Origin: Planctomycetota bacterium
Lineage (GTDB): Bacteria > Planctomycetota > UBA1135 > UBA2386
Assembly: GCA_965228735.1 (NCBI GenBank)
Contig: OZ245838.1
Location: 5,440,001-5,504,000 of the forward strand
Direction: 5' to 3'
DNA length: 64,000 bases
The notes beneath the pieces were generated by a model that was given only the letters and a program-made list of their open reading frames with translations, did no database searches and was not told where the DNA came from. Made by a program: the position numbers and the translations under genes. Below are positions 20,362-29,769 of the stretch, piece after piece. Each line of letters starts with the position of its first letter. Within the stretch, counting starts at the first letter, position 1.

Positions 20362-22041
20362 ATGCGACCCAGCACTCTCGTATTCCCGACCATCGCGTTC
20401 GCTGCCGCCTTCGCTTGCCCTGCCGTGGCGCAGCGGGTCGCCGAGGTCGAGCCCAACAACACGAGCGCGGCCGCGCAGGCAATCGTTCTCGGATCGCAGG
20501 TCGACGCAACGCTGGCGGCGGGCGAGGAGGACTGGTTCGAGTTCTCGACGACGGGCGGCAACGCCGTCCTGATCTCGCACGGGCCCACGGACGTCGACAC
20601 GGTCTTCGAGCTGTTCGACTCGACGGGCACCACGCTGCTCGCAGTGAACGATGACACCGACGCGTTCTTCAGCGCGCTCAGCGTCGATCTCGCTGCCGGC
20701 ACCTACCAGCTGCGTGTCACCGGCTGGGGCCCGACGACGGCGGGACCCTACCAGCTCGAGCTCGGTGAGGTCGCGACGGTCGGCAACACGGGCACGGAGA
20801 ACGAGCCGAACGACTCGCTCGGGCAGGCCGATCCGTTGGCGGGCGGCGACGTCATCGATGGCGTTCTCGGCAGCGGCGACGAGGACTGGTACCGCATCGA
20901 CCTTACGGCCGCGGCGACCGGCGTGTGGTTCGAGATCGCCGAAGGAGCCGCGCCCTGGGTCAGCAGCCACCGGTGGGAGCTGCGTGATTCCGGCGGTGGG
21001 CTGCTCGGCCCGACGACCGAGTTCGGGCCCAACGCGGGCGACAGCAGCCCGTCCGAGATCCGGTCGTCGACCGTGCGATCGTGGCCGGCCGGAACGTACT
21101 ACCTGGTGATCAAGGAGAGCTCGTTCCCGCTCGGTTTCGGCAACGCGATTCCGCAGGGTGGCTACCGCCTGCGCCTCGCGACGATGCCGGTGACCGGCGC
21201 GCCGGCGTCCGAGTCCGAGCCGAACGACACCGTGCAGCAGGCGAACGCCGTGACGCCCGGGTCGAGCATCGCCGGCTCGATCTCGGCGTCAGGCGGCGGC
21301 GATCCCGTCGACATCTACGGACCGTTCGTGATCTCGGGGCCGACGGTGATGCAGTTCCAGACGCGCCAGGGCAGCAGCGGGCCGTTGCTCGACTCGACGA
21401 TCCGGCTGCTCGACGACGATGGCAACACCGTCCAGCAGTGGACGGTCGGCAACCTCGCGAGTCCGACGAGCCACGCCCGCGCGACGGTCGTGTTCTCCCG
21501 CGTCGAGACCTACTACCTCGAGGTGCGCTCGCCCGGCAACGGAGCGGGGCAATCGGGCAGCTACGTGCTCGAGGTCGGGGCCGCGGCGTCGCTGCACACG
21601 GCGGCGAGCTACGACCTCGCCGAGGTCAACGGCATCTGTCTCGGCAGCAACGGGCTGCGGCCGACGTTGACGGTCGACAGCCCCGGCGAACGACCCGTGC
21701 TCGGCACGAACATGAGTCGGACGGTGGAGTTCCTGCCCCCGCTGTCGCCGTTCTTCCTCGTCGAGGGATTGTCGGACGAGATCGGGCTCGGCTCGATCCC
21801 GCTGCCCTACGACCTCGGACCGCTCGGCGCGCCGGACTGCGGCGTGTTCGTCGATCCGCTCGCGAATCAGCTGATCCTCGGCAGCCCGTCCGGAACCGTC
21901 GCGCTCGACAACCGCATGCCGACCTCGGTCGTGTTCCGTGGCGTGCCGATCTACGAGCAGGTGGTCGCGCTCGATCTGGCCGCGAACGCACTCGGGATCA
22001 CGGCGTCGAACTACGCCCGCAAGCTGCTCGGCGATCGGTAG
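20362..22041 (+). CDS. Secreted protein with three PPC (pre-peptidase C-terminal)-like domains
   Basis: Signal peptide, three E.EPN(N/D) starts, D.D.(F/Y) and G.Y.L motifs, plus the shared C-terminal domain. Confidence 0.8.
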   Translation: MRPSTLVFPTIAFAAAFACPAVAQRVAEVEPNNTSAAAQAIVLGSQVDATLAAGEEDWFEFSTTGGNAVLISHGPTDVDTVFELFDSTGTTLLAVNDDTDAFFSALSVDLAAGTYQLRVTGWGPTTAGPYQLELGEVATVGNTGTENEPNDSLGQADPLAGGDVIDGVLGSGDEDWYRIDLTAAATGVWFEIAEGAAPWVSSHRWELRDSGGGLLGPTTEFGPNAGDSSPSEIRSSTVRSWPAGTYYLVIKESSFPLGFGNAIPQGGYRLRLATMPVTGAPASESEPNDTVQQANAVTPGSSIAGSISASGGGDPVDIYGPFVISGPTVMQFQTRQGSSGPLLDSTIRLLDDDGNTVQQWTVGNLASPTSHARATVVFSRVETYYLEVRSPGNGAGQSGSYVLEVGAAASLHTAASYDLAEVNGICLGSNGLRPTLTVDSPGERPVLGTNMSRTVEFLPPLSPFFLVEGLSDEIGLGSIPLPYDLGPLGAPDCGVFVDPLANQLILGSPSGTVALDNRMPTSVVFRGVPIYEQVVALDLAANALGITASNYARKLLGDR

Positions 22042-22054
22042 CGGCCGGCGGCGA

Positions 22055-22951
22055 TCACGCGCTGGCTGCCGCGAGCAGCTTCGCGAGCGGCTCGACCGTC
22101 CGCGTCGGCACGTCGAACTCGCCGCCGGATTGCGCCCACTCCATGGCGGCTTCGTCGAACAGCTCTTCGAGTTCGTCGTTCGAAACGTCGAGCGCCGCCG
22201 CGAGCCGAGTCGCGGCCTCGGCTTCGCGCGGGCTCGGGTCGCCGACGAGGCACTCGGCCAGGCGACTCGCCAGCTCGAGCATCCGCAGCAAAGCGGCGCC
22301 GGCCGCGTCGGACTCGTCGGCGAGCAAGGCGGCGAACAGCTTCGGCATGCCCCAATCGAGCAGCATGAGGGCAGACAGCTCGTTGGCCTCGACCTGCAGG
22401 AGCCGTCGTTCGGCGTCGGAGATCGCCTTGCGGTTGGTCTGATCGGAGTTCGCGATCACCTGCTCGTAGAGGTCCGGGAACACCGTCGCGAGCGCGAGCC
22501 GGCCGATCAGGCTCAGCAGGCCGTAGGTGAACGCTTCGTCGGGCGGGACGACCTGTAGCCTGGCGGCGAGGCGGCGCATGAGCACGGCGCGTCCGAGCGA
22601 CTCGGCCCACAGGATCTCGTGGTCGAGACCGCCGCAGCTGCTGCTGTCCTCGATCAGTGACGCGGCGAGCGCGAGCGAGCGCACGTTCGAGAAGCCGAGC
22701 ACCGTCGTGGCCTCACGCGCGGACGTGACCTGTCGGCTGAAGCCCGCGACGGGCGAGTTCGCCATCTTGATCAGTCGCGCCGACAATGCCGGATCCTTCT
22801 CGATGAGATCGGCAATGTCGTCGACCGTGGTGTCCTCCAGTTGCGCGACGCGCATGATCTCGAGGGCAACACCCTTGGGCGACGGCAGGCGCTGCATCGC
22901 GTCACCGTGGCTCAGCAGCTTACGGATCTCCTTCTCTCGTTTGCTCGTCAT
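22055..22951 (-). CDS. HDOD domain protein
   Basis: LPSP..VA, IEKDPALSARLIKMANS, A..VLG, EAFTYGLL..IGRL. Confidence 0.85.
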   Translation of the reverse strand: MTSKREKEIRKLLSHGDAMQRLPSPKGVALEIMRVAQLEDTTVDDIADLIEKDPALSARLIKMANSPVAGFSRQVTSAREATTVLGFSNVRSLALAASLIEDSSSCGGLDHEILWAESLGRAVLMRRLAARLQVVPPDEAFTYGLLSLIGRLALATVFPDLYEQVIANSDQTNRKAISDAERRLLQVEANELSALMLLDWGMPKLFAALLADESDAAGAALLRMLELASRLAECLVGDPSPREAEAATRLAAALDVSNDELEELFDEAAMEWAQSGGEFDVPTRTVEPLAKLLAAASA

Positions 22952-23090
22952 GTCGTGCTCGTCGTCCGGGTCTGCGTCTCCATCGAGTGCGCGGCAGCCC
23001 TCCCTGGATCAGGGAAGTCCCCGATCGGCTGCCCGTGGCCCGAAAGCCCGCTGTCGCTGGGAAGCCCGGTGTCACCAGGGCCGCCCGGTG

Positions 23091-23297
23091 TCAGTCGCAG
23101 TCGGGCTTGCCGCAGCCGAGCGCCAGGTCGTTGCACGCGTTCCAGAGCAGGACCATGGCCTGTTTGACGTTGGCAGCGATCACGGGCGGCAGGTCGGTGC
23201 GTCCGGCGAGTCGGACCGAACGGTCGTACAGGTCCAGGAGTTCGGCCTCGTCAGCCGTCAGATCGTTGCCCAGCAGGTCTTTGGTTCGGTCGGTCAT
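23091..23297 (-). CDS. Small hypothetical protein (68 aa) downstream of the CoA ligase
   Basis: Starts 5 nt after the ligase stop codon, with coding-like codon usage. Confidence 0.65.
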   Translation of the reverse strand: MTDRTKDLLGNDLTADEAELLDLYDRSVRLAGRTDLPPVIAANVKQAMVLLWNACNDLALGCGKPDCD

Positions 23298-23302
23298 GGT
23301 CG

Positions 23303-24655
23303 TTACCCCTGCGGCCGCAGATCCTGGAGGCGGCGAGCTTTGAGTTCGAAGCGCGGCAACTCGCCGCGGTTGCTGAGTTCGACGTTGAAGCGCAGGCCCT
23401 CGTGCGCATCCGCGAGATCCGTGCCGAGTTGGGCCGACAGGCGCGGCCAGACATCGTTGCGTTGGTCGTCGATGCCGGGTGACAGCTCGACCTTCACCGT
23501 GATCTCGTCCTGCACGTTGTCCTTGCGCCAGATCACGATCTGGAACTCCTCGATCTCACCATGCTCGCGCACGACGGCCTCGACCGCGCGCGGGTAGACG
23601 TTCGTGCCGCGGATCAACTTCATGTCGTCGACGCGGCCCAGAATCCCGCCCTCGTAGAGATCGCCCGTGCGCCCGCAGCTGCAGATGTCGTGCGGGACCT
23701 TCTTCACGAGATCCTTGGTTCGATAGCGGATCAGCGGGATGAACCCGCGGCCGAACGAGGTGACGACCCGTTCGCCGCGTTCGCCGTAGCCGAGCGGTTC
23801 GTCCGTCACGGGGTCGAGCACTTCCTCGATGAAGTGGTCCTCGATGATGTGGGTGCCGCCGGGTTGCTTCTCGCACTCGAAGATCATGATCGTGCCGATC
23901 TCCGTCATACCGGCGGTGTCGCCGCACTTGGCGCCGTAGAGGTCCTCGATCGTCTGCTTGACCGACGGGACGACCGGCTCGCCGCTCACGATCACGCGCC
24001 GCACCTTGCCGTCCTTCTTCAGGTCGATTCCCATCTGCTCCGCGGCTTGCGCCATGCGCAACGCGTACGTCGGAGTCGCGCAGACGACGGTCGCCCCGAC
24101 CTCGACGATCTGCTTGACGCGCTGTTCGGTGCTCATGTTGCCGGATGCGATGGTCAGGCACCCGAGCTTCTCGCAGCAGTAGTGCGCCCCCCAGAAGCCG
24201 ATGAACGCGCCGTAGGAGAACGCGAAGAACACCGTATCCGTCGGGCGGATGCCGAAGCCCCAGAAGCCGTAGCACCACATGTCCGCGATCCACGACCAGT
24301 CGCGGCGCGAGTCGAGCACGCGCAGCGGCTGGCGACCGGACGTTCCCGACGTGAGGTGGTAGCGGATCGCGTCCTCCTGCGGCCGCGTGATCATGTCGCC
24401 GAACAGCGGCTTCTCGGCCTGGCACGCCATCCAGTCCTCGCGGCGCATGAACGGCAGCCTGCGGATGTCGTCGAGCGTCTTGATCGCGTCCGGGCTGACA
24501 CCGGCCGACTCGTAGAGCCGACGATGGAACGGCGAACGTTCGTAGGCGTGCCGTACGAGCTGCTGCAGTCGATGCAGTTGCAGCGCCCGGAGCTGCTCCT
24601 TCGGCAGGGTCTCGGTCTTCGGGTTCCAGAACGCGGTCGAGGTGGCGCTGCTCAC
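23303..24655 (-). CDS. Phenylacetate-CoA ligase family (PaaK-like) protein
   Basis: TSGTSG, TPTYAL, SGEP, G.TE, PLIRYRTKD, GRVDDM..IRGTNVYP. GTG start after GGAG. Confidence 0.88.
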   Translation of the reverse strand: MSSATSTAFWNPKTETLPKEQLRALQLHRLQQLVRHAYERSPFHRRLYESAGVSPDAIKTLDDIRRLPFMRREDWMACQAEKPLFGDMITRPQEDAIRYHLTSGTSGRQPLRVLDSRRDWSWIADMWCYGFWGFGIRPTDTVFFAFSYGAFIGFWGAHYCCEKLGCLTIASGNMSTEQRVKQIVEVGATVVCATPTYALRMAQAAEQMGIDLKKDGKVRRVIVSGEPVVPSVKQTIEDLYGAKCGDTAGMTEIGTIMIFECEKQPGGTHIIEDHFIEEVLDPVTDEPLGYGERGERVVTSFGRGFIPLIRYRTKDLVKKVPHDICSCGRTGDLYEGGILGRVDDMKLIRGTNVYPRAVEAVVREHGEIEEFQIVIWRKDNVQDEITVKVELSPGIDDQRNDVWPRLSAQLGTDLADAHEGLRFNVELSNRGELPRFELKARRLQDLRPQG

Positions 24656-24801
24656 GTGGGCTCCGCTGCGAGGGATCAGGAGTGGTCGTCGCGAGGTTAG
24701 GGGGGAGACCGGGGTGCTGTCCATGAATGCGGCAGTCGGGTGAATCCCCGCTGGTCGAGCGTCGCACTGCGGGACACACCGAGGATCGCGCGGTCCGCTC
24801 C

Positions 24802-24828
24802 TCAAGCCGGCCGCGCCGTGACCGAGAA
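24802..24828 (+). promoter_or_regulatory. Putative sigma-28 (FliA)-type promoter for motAB
   Basis: TCAAG-N14-ACCGAGAA compared with the consensus TCAAG/TAAA-N14-15-GCCGATAA, 50 nt upstream of the motA start. Confidence 0.5.
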
Positions 24829-24877
24829 TCCGATCGGCGTCTCCTCGCACGAGGCGTGGGATCCGCACCTTCAGGCA

Positions 24878-25651
24878 ATGGACATCTTCACTCCGATCGG
24901 GCTCGTGCTCGCGTTCATCGGGATCATCGGCGGCATGATCCTCGAAGGCGGTCACCCCGAGGCCCTGCTGCAGGTCACGGCGTTCCTCATCGTTATCGTG
25001 GGTTCGCTCGGCGCGACGATGGTCGCCACCCTGCCGTCGGACGTGCCGTTCGCGATCCAATCGCTGAAGCGCGTGTTCCTGCCCGAGAAGCACGACTTCC
25101 ACGGGCTCATGGAGAAGATCATCGAGCTCGCGAACCTCGCGCGCCGCGAGGGCCTGCTCGCGCTCGAGACCTACGCCAACAGCGGCGAAGGCGACCCGTT
25201 CCTCGTGAAGTGCCTCACGCTCGCGATCGACGGCAGCTCCGCGGAAGCGATCCGCGAGACGGTCGAGATCGACATGCACATCACGGAGGAAGACCAGAAG
25301 GCGGGCATGAAGTTCTGGGAGACGTGGGGTGCGCTCGCGCCGACGGTCGGCGTGCTCGGCGCCGTTCTCGGGCTCATGCACGTCATGTCCGTGCTCGATC
25401 AGCCCGCGTTGATCGGCCCGGGTATCGCGGTCGCGTTCGTCGCGACGGTCTACGGCGTCGGCTACTCCAATGTCGTGTGCCTGCCGATGTCGTTCAAGCT
25501 GAAGCGCCACATCGAGCACGACCAGCTGCTCAAGAACATGGTTCTCGAGGGTGTCGTCGGCATCCAGTCGGGCATGGCGCCCGGCGCGCTCCGCAGCCGT
25601 CTCAAGGTCTACCTCGGGAGCCACGGCGGCGGCGACGACGACAAGAAGTGA
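24878..25651 (+). CDS. motA: Flagellar motor stator protein MotA
   Basis: Four transmembrane helices, ARREGLLALE, APTVGVLGAVLGL and AFVATVYG. Confidence 0.92.
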   Translation: MDIFTPIGLVLAFIGIIGGMILEGGHPEALLQVTAFLIVIVGSLGATMVATLPSDVPFAIQSLKRVFLPEKHDFHGLMEKIIELANLARREGLLALETYANSGEGDPFLVKCLTLAIDGSSAEAIRETVEIDMHITEEDQKAGMKFWETWGALAPTVGVLGAVLGLMHVMSVLDQPALIGPGIAVAFVATVYGVGYSNVVCLPMSFKLKRHIEHDQLLKNMVLEGVVGIQSGMAPGALRSRLKVYLGSHGGGDDDKK

Positions 25652-25673
25652 TCGCGGCGCGTGAAGCAGGGCG

Positions 25674-26405
25674 ATGGCCAAGAAGCACAAGCACGAAGAA
25701 CACGTCAACCACGAGCGCTGGCTCGTGTCCTTCGCGGACATGATGACCCTGCTCTTCGCGCTGTTCGTCGTGCTCTACGCGCTCGGGCAGGCGGACCTCG
25801 AGAAGATTCGCGAACTTCGGCAGTCCGTGCAGTGGGCCTTCCACATCGAGGGCGAGGGTAAGACCAAGGACACGGGATTGTTCGAGAACCAGGCCGGCGG
25901 TGGTGACGTGATGGACGCCGTGCCGCTCGTGACCGCCCAGGACGGCGAGATGCGCGAGTTCTTGAAGGACGAGCTCGAGACCTACGAGGAGATCGCGGGT
26001 CAGTCGCTCGACGTCGTGCAGACCGACGATTCCGTGTCCTTCAAGGCGCCGTTGTCGGACTTCTTCCAGCCGCTGCGGCCGCACCCGCTGAAGCCGGGAA
26101 TCGGCGCCTGGCTCGATCGGGTGCTCACCGCGTCACTGACGTTCAGCTCCAGGATCCGGATCATCATCGAGACGCCGGACCTGCTGATCGGGTTGAGCCC
26201 GGGCGGTCAGCGGCGCTCCTCGGTCGAGCTCTGCATCCTGCGGCTGCAGACGCTGGAGCAGTTCGCGCTCAACAGACCCGAAGTGCGCGACGCAATGGTC
26301 ACATGCGAATGGCGGCGCCAGGACCTGCGCCCGGGCGCGAGCAGCGCCCGCTGGGAACGGGAGGCCACGGTCACCGTCGTGTTCGACAACGCGACGCCCA
26401 AGTGA
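25674..26405 (+). CDS. motB: Flagellar motor stator protein MotB with a divergent periplasmic domain
   Basis: HERWLVSFADMMTLLFALFVVLYA with the conserved Asp, directly after motA. Confidence 0.85.
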   Translation: MAKKHKHEEHVNHERWLVSFADMMTLLFALFVVLYALGQADLEKIRELRQSVQWAFHIEGEGKTKDTGLFENQAGGGDVMDAVPLVTAQDGEMREFLKDELETYEEIAGQSLDVVQTDDSVSFKAPLSDFFQPLRPHPLKPGIGAWLDRVLTASLTFSSRIRIIIETPDLLIGLSPGGQRRSSVELCILRLQTLEQFALNRPEVRDAMVTCEWRRQDLRPGASSARWEREATVTVVFDNATPK

Positions 26406-26429
26406 GCCGGTCGCCGGACCGACTCGACG

Positions 26430-27602
26430 TCACCCCGGCTGCGTCAGCAACCGCGCGATGATCGACTTCTGGATCATCGACGTGCCTTCGTAGATCCGCA
26501 GCGCCTGGATGTCGCGCCACATTCGCTCGACGGGCCACGCCGACGTGTAGCCACGCGCGCCGTGCAGCATCACCGCCTGTTCACAGGCGCGCGCCCCGGC
26601 CTCGGTGGCCTGCAGCTTGGCCATCGCGACGTCGGCGTGCGTTTCGGTGCCAGCCGCGCGCCGGCGGGCGCAGCGGTAGACCAGCGCGCGGCTGCAATGC
26701 AGCGACGTGAAGTGATCGGCGAGCCGTTCCTGCACCATCTGGAACGCCGCTAGCGGCTTGCCGAACTGCTCGCGCCCCATCGTGAACTCGACCGCCGCCG
26801 CGAGCGCGGCCCGATGCAGCCCGACCGCGCCGGCAGCGACCGATAGTCGACCCGCCGAGAGGCCGCCCATCGCGACGCCGAATCCATTGCCGATCTCGCC
26901 GAGCACCTCGTCGCCCTGCACCGCGAAACCGTCGAAGCGCAGTTCGGCGTGATCGCTACCGCGGTGGCCGAGGTCGACTCCGGGTACCGGCGTGCGCGTG
27001 ACGCCGTCGCGCTCGAGGTCGACGAGGAACGCCGTGATGCCCTTGCGCCCGAGCGATGGGTCGACGGACGCGAACAGGATCATGACGTCCGCGACGCCGC
27101 CGTTCGTGATCCACCACTTGTGTCCGGACACGCGGTACGAACCGTCGCCCTGCACCTCGGCAACCGTCGACAACGATGCGACGTCGCTGCCGGCGTCGGG
27201 CTCGGTCAGCGCGAAGCAGCCGATCGCCTCACCCGCGATCAGCGGTCGCAGCCAGCGCTCGCGCTGGGCACCGGTGCCGAAGCGCGCGATGCATTGCGCG
27301 ACCAATCCGGTCTGCACGGCGCAGAAGCCGCGCGCATTGCCGCACGCAGCACCGAGCTCTTCGTGCGCGATCGCCAGCTGCATCGGCGTCCAGCCCGCGC
27401 CGCCGGCGTCCACGTCGATCGGCCCGCCGAGGATGCCGGCACGCGCGAGATCCTCGACCATCTCGCGCCGAAACACGCGTTGCTCGTCGATCTCGCGCGC
27501 GAACGGCGCGAGCTTCGCGGTCGCGAACGCGCGGATCTGCTGCGCGAACTCGCGGTCCGCGTCCTCGAGGTCACCGTCGGGCAGCCAGAATGAGTCGTTC
27601 AT
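26430..27602 (-). CDS. Acyl-CoA dehydrogenase
   Basis: FALTEPDAGSD, G.KWWITNG, R.QFGKPL..FQ, HGARGY, IYEGTS.IQ. Confidence 0.92.
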   Translation of the reverse strand: MNDSFWLPDGDLEDADREFAQQIRAFATAKLAPFAREIDEQRVFRREMVEDLARAGILGGPIDVDAGGAGWTPMQLAIAHEELGAACGNARGFCAVQTGLVAQCIARFGTGAQRERWLRPLIAGEAIGCFALTEPDAGSDVASLSTVAEVQGDGSYRVSGHKWWITNGGVADVMILFASVDPSLGRKGITAFLVDLERDGVTRTPVPGVDLGHRGSDHAELRFDGFAVQGDEVLGEIGNGFGVAMGGLSAGRLSVAAGAVGLHRAALAAAVEFTMGREQFGKPLAAFQMVQERLADHFTSLHCSRALVYRCARRRAAGTETHADVAMAKLQATEAGARACEQAVMLHGARGYTSAWPVERMWRDIQALRIYEGTSMIQKSIIARLLTQPG

Positions 27603-27648
27603 GGAGATGCCGCGGTCGCGCTCGCAGCTCGTTGCACGGGATAGCGGC

Positions 27649-28446
27649 TCAGCGTCCGCGGAAGTGGGGATCGCGCTTCTCCATCCAGGCGTTGTAGAAC
27701 TCCCGGTGGTCGTGCGCCCGCAGCAGCAGGGCCTGCGCCTGCGCTTCCTGTTCGATCGCGGCATCGAGGTCCATCGGCCACTCGTTCCAGACCATCTTCT
27801 TGGTCATGGCGTGCGCGAGCCCCGGACCCTGGGCGAGGCGCCGTGCCAGCGCCGTGGCTTCTTCGACGACATCGCCAGGCGGCACGACGCGATTGGCCAG
27901 GCCGATCCGGTGGGCCTCGGCGGCCGTGATCTTGTCGCCGAGCAGCAAGATCTCCATCGCGCGCCCCGTGCCAATGACCTTGGGCAGCAGCCACGCCGCA
28001 CCCATGTCCGCGCCGGTGAGCCCGACCTTGGCGAACAAGAACGCGAACTTCGCGCCCTCGCCCACGACCCGCAGGTCGCTCGCGAGTGCGAGCACGGCAC
28101 CGGCGCCGGCCGCGACGCCGTTGACGGCAGCGATGATCGGCTTGCTGCAGCGCAACATGTTGCGCACCACGGCACCCGTCATGCGCGTGAATGCCAGCGT
28201 CGCGTCGAGCTCGCTCTCGAGCAGCGGCCCGATGATGTCCTCGACGCTGCCGCCGCTGCAGAACCCGCGGCCGTTGCCGGTGAGCACCACGGCTTTGACG
28301 TCTTCGTCGTCGTCGAGCTCGCGGAACAACCGCTCGAGCTGGCCATAGACCGCGAAGGTCAGCGAATTGAGCGTGTCGGGGCGGTCGAGCGTCAGCGTCA
28401 GCACGCCGTCGTCGTCACAGTCGTAGCGGAAGTCGTAGTCGCTCAT
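27649..28446 (-). CDS. Enoyl-CoA hydratase family protein (AbmC-like)
   Basis: FCSGG, AAVNGVAAGAG, KVGLTGADMGA: crotonase fold. Confidence 0.9.
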   Translation of the reverse strand: MSDYDFRYDCDDDGVLTLTLDRPDTLNSLTFAVYGQLERLFRELDDDEDVKAVVLTGNGRGFCSGGSVEDIIGPLLESELDATLAFTRMTGAVVRNMLRCSKPIIAAVNGVAAGAGAVLALASDLRVVGEGAKFAFLFAKVGLTGADMGAAWLLPKVIGTGRAMEILLLGDKITAAEAHRIGLANRVVPPGDVVEEATALARRLAQGPGLAHAMTKKMVWNEWPMDLDAAIEQEAQAQALLLRAHDHREFYNAWMEKRDPHFRGR

Positions 28447-28521
28447 CGTTGGCGCAGCGGCAGGGGAGGGGGCACGTGGGGTTGCGTTCGGGCTCGTGGC
28501 ATTCGGGCTCGTAGCATCATG

Positions 28522-29301
28522 TCAGTCCAGGAACGCCGGCGGATCACGATCGAGCTCGTAGACGCAACCGGGCGGCCGCGTCGCGATGATCTCGGCGACG
28601 GCGTCGGCGACCTCGGTGACCGAATGCATCCGACCGATCGCGTTCTGCGCGGCCATCCGCTCGAACGCCGCGTCGGCCGTGGTCTTGCCGCGCGCCGCGA
28701 TCGCGTCGGCCGCTCCCCGGGTGATCGCCGAGTCGACGAAACCCGGGCACACCGCGTAGACGTCGATGCCGGCCGCGCCGAGTTCGGCCCGCATCGCGCG
28801 AGCCAGTCCCACCATCCCGTGCTTGGCGGCCGTGTAGGCCGCGGTGAACGGGTAGCCCCGCAGCCCGGCCGTCGATGCGAGGTGCAGCAGGCAGCCGGCG
28901 CCGCGCTCTCGCATCCTGGGCAACGCGGCCCGCGCCAGCGCGAGCGGCGCGGCGACGTGCAGATCGAACGTCTCCTGCAGCAGTGCGCCGGTCGTGGCCT
29001 CGACCTTGGCGGTCGGCGCGGTCCCGGCGTTGCTGATGGCGGCGTCCAGCCCGCCGAACGTCGAATGCGCGACCTCGACCGCCGAAACACTCGTGGCCTC
29101 GTCCCGGAGATCGCCGGTCACGACGGCGGCTTCGGTGCCGGTCGCGCGGACTGCCGCGGCAGTCGCCGCCAGTCCGTCGGCGCTCCGGGCCACGAGCACC
29201 AGTCGGTGGCCAGATCGACCCAGGCGCTCGGCGATCGCCGCACCGATGCCCCGGCTGCTGCCGGTGACGATCGTCACAGGTCGATACGGCGCATCGGTCA
29301 T
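28522..29301 (-). CDS. SDR family oxidoreductase
   Basis: TGSSRGIG, SNAG, YTAAK, CPGFVD. Confidence 0.9.
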   Translation of the reverse strand: MTDAPYRPVTIVTGSSRGIGAAIAERLGRSGHRLVLVARSADGLAATAAAVRATGTEAAVVTGDLRDEATSVSAVEVAHSTFGGLDAAISNAGTAPTAKVEATTGALLQETFDLHVAAPLALARAALPRMRERGAGCLLHLASTAGLRGYPFTAAYTAAKHGMVGLARAMRAELGAAGIDVYAVCPGFVDSAITRGAADAIAARGKTTADAAFERMAAQNAIGRMHSVTEVADAVAEIIATRPPGCVYELDRDPPAFLD

Positions 29302-29388
29302 GGGTCAGGCATGCTCGCTGATGGGCCGGGATCCGCGCAACATGCGTCCGGGCAAAGGGCGAACTCGGGGGTAGTTCGGTCGCTGAGA

Positions 29389-29518
29389 GCCGGTGCTTTG
29401 AGTGTGCATGGGGTCTCGGGTCCAGCTGGTGCCTTGAGTGTGCATGAGGTCCCGGGTCCAGCTGGTGCTTCGAGTGTGCATGAGGTCCCGGGTCCAGCTG
29501 GTGCCTCGAGTGTGCATG
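29389..29518. repeat. 36-nt tandem repeat, about 3.5 copies
   Basis: Unit GCTGGTGCYTYGAGTGTGCATGAGGTCCCGGGTCCA. GGTGC starts at 29392, 29428, 29464 and 29500. No unique spacers. Confidence 0.9.
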
Positions 29519-29641
29519 CTCGGCCCGTTCGCAAACGGGGGCGCTGTTCCGAACGCGAAACCGGCCTCAGGTTCGCAGCCTCGGGATTCCGATAGGAGTG
29601 GCAGAGGGAAGGGGGGCGGACGAGTCGAGTTGGACAGCCCC

Positions 29642-29686
29642 CGAAGAGGGCCCGCCGGCGGCAGCCGGTGGGCCCTTTTCGTTTTT
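29642..29686 (+). terminator. Intrinsic terminator-like hairpin
   Basis: 18-bp stem CGAAGAGGGCCCGCCGGC / GCCGGTGGGCCCTTTTCG with a GGCA (GNRA) tetraloop, followed by TTTTT. Confidence 0.7.
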
Positions 29687-29769
29687 CTGCCGCCGCCGAC
29701 TTGGGCTGGCCGCGGGGAACGGTCGATGACACGGGCCCCAGCTCATCCGCCGATACCCAGGAGTCGGTC

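Noticed and set aside
24878..26405. motAB-like pair as a Zorya (zorAB) defence system
   Set aside because: MotA is normal length with no long ZorA tail, no zorC/D/E genes are adjacent, and a sigma-28-like promoter precedes it.
29389..29518. 36-nt periodic repeats as a CRISPR array
   Set aside because: Units are contiguous and nearly identical along their whole length. There are no unique spacers and no cas genes in the window.
29520..29690. Known riboswitch (for example c-di-GMP or cobalamin) or tRNA-Sec
   Set aside because: No aptamer consensus or cloverleaf could be recognised by eye. Kept only as an unassigned structured region.
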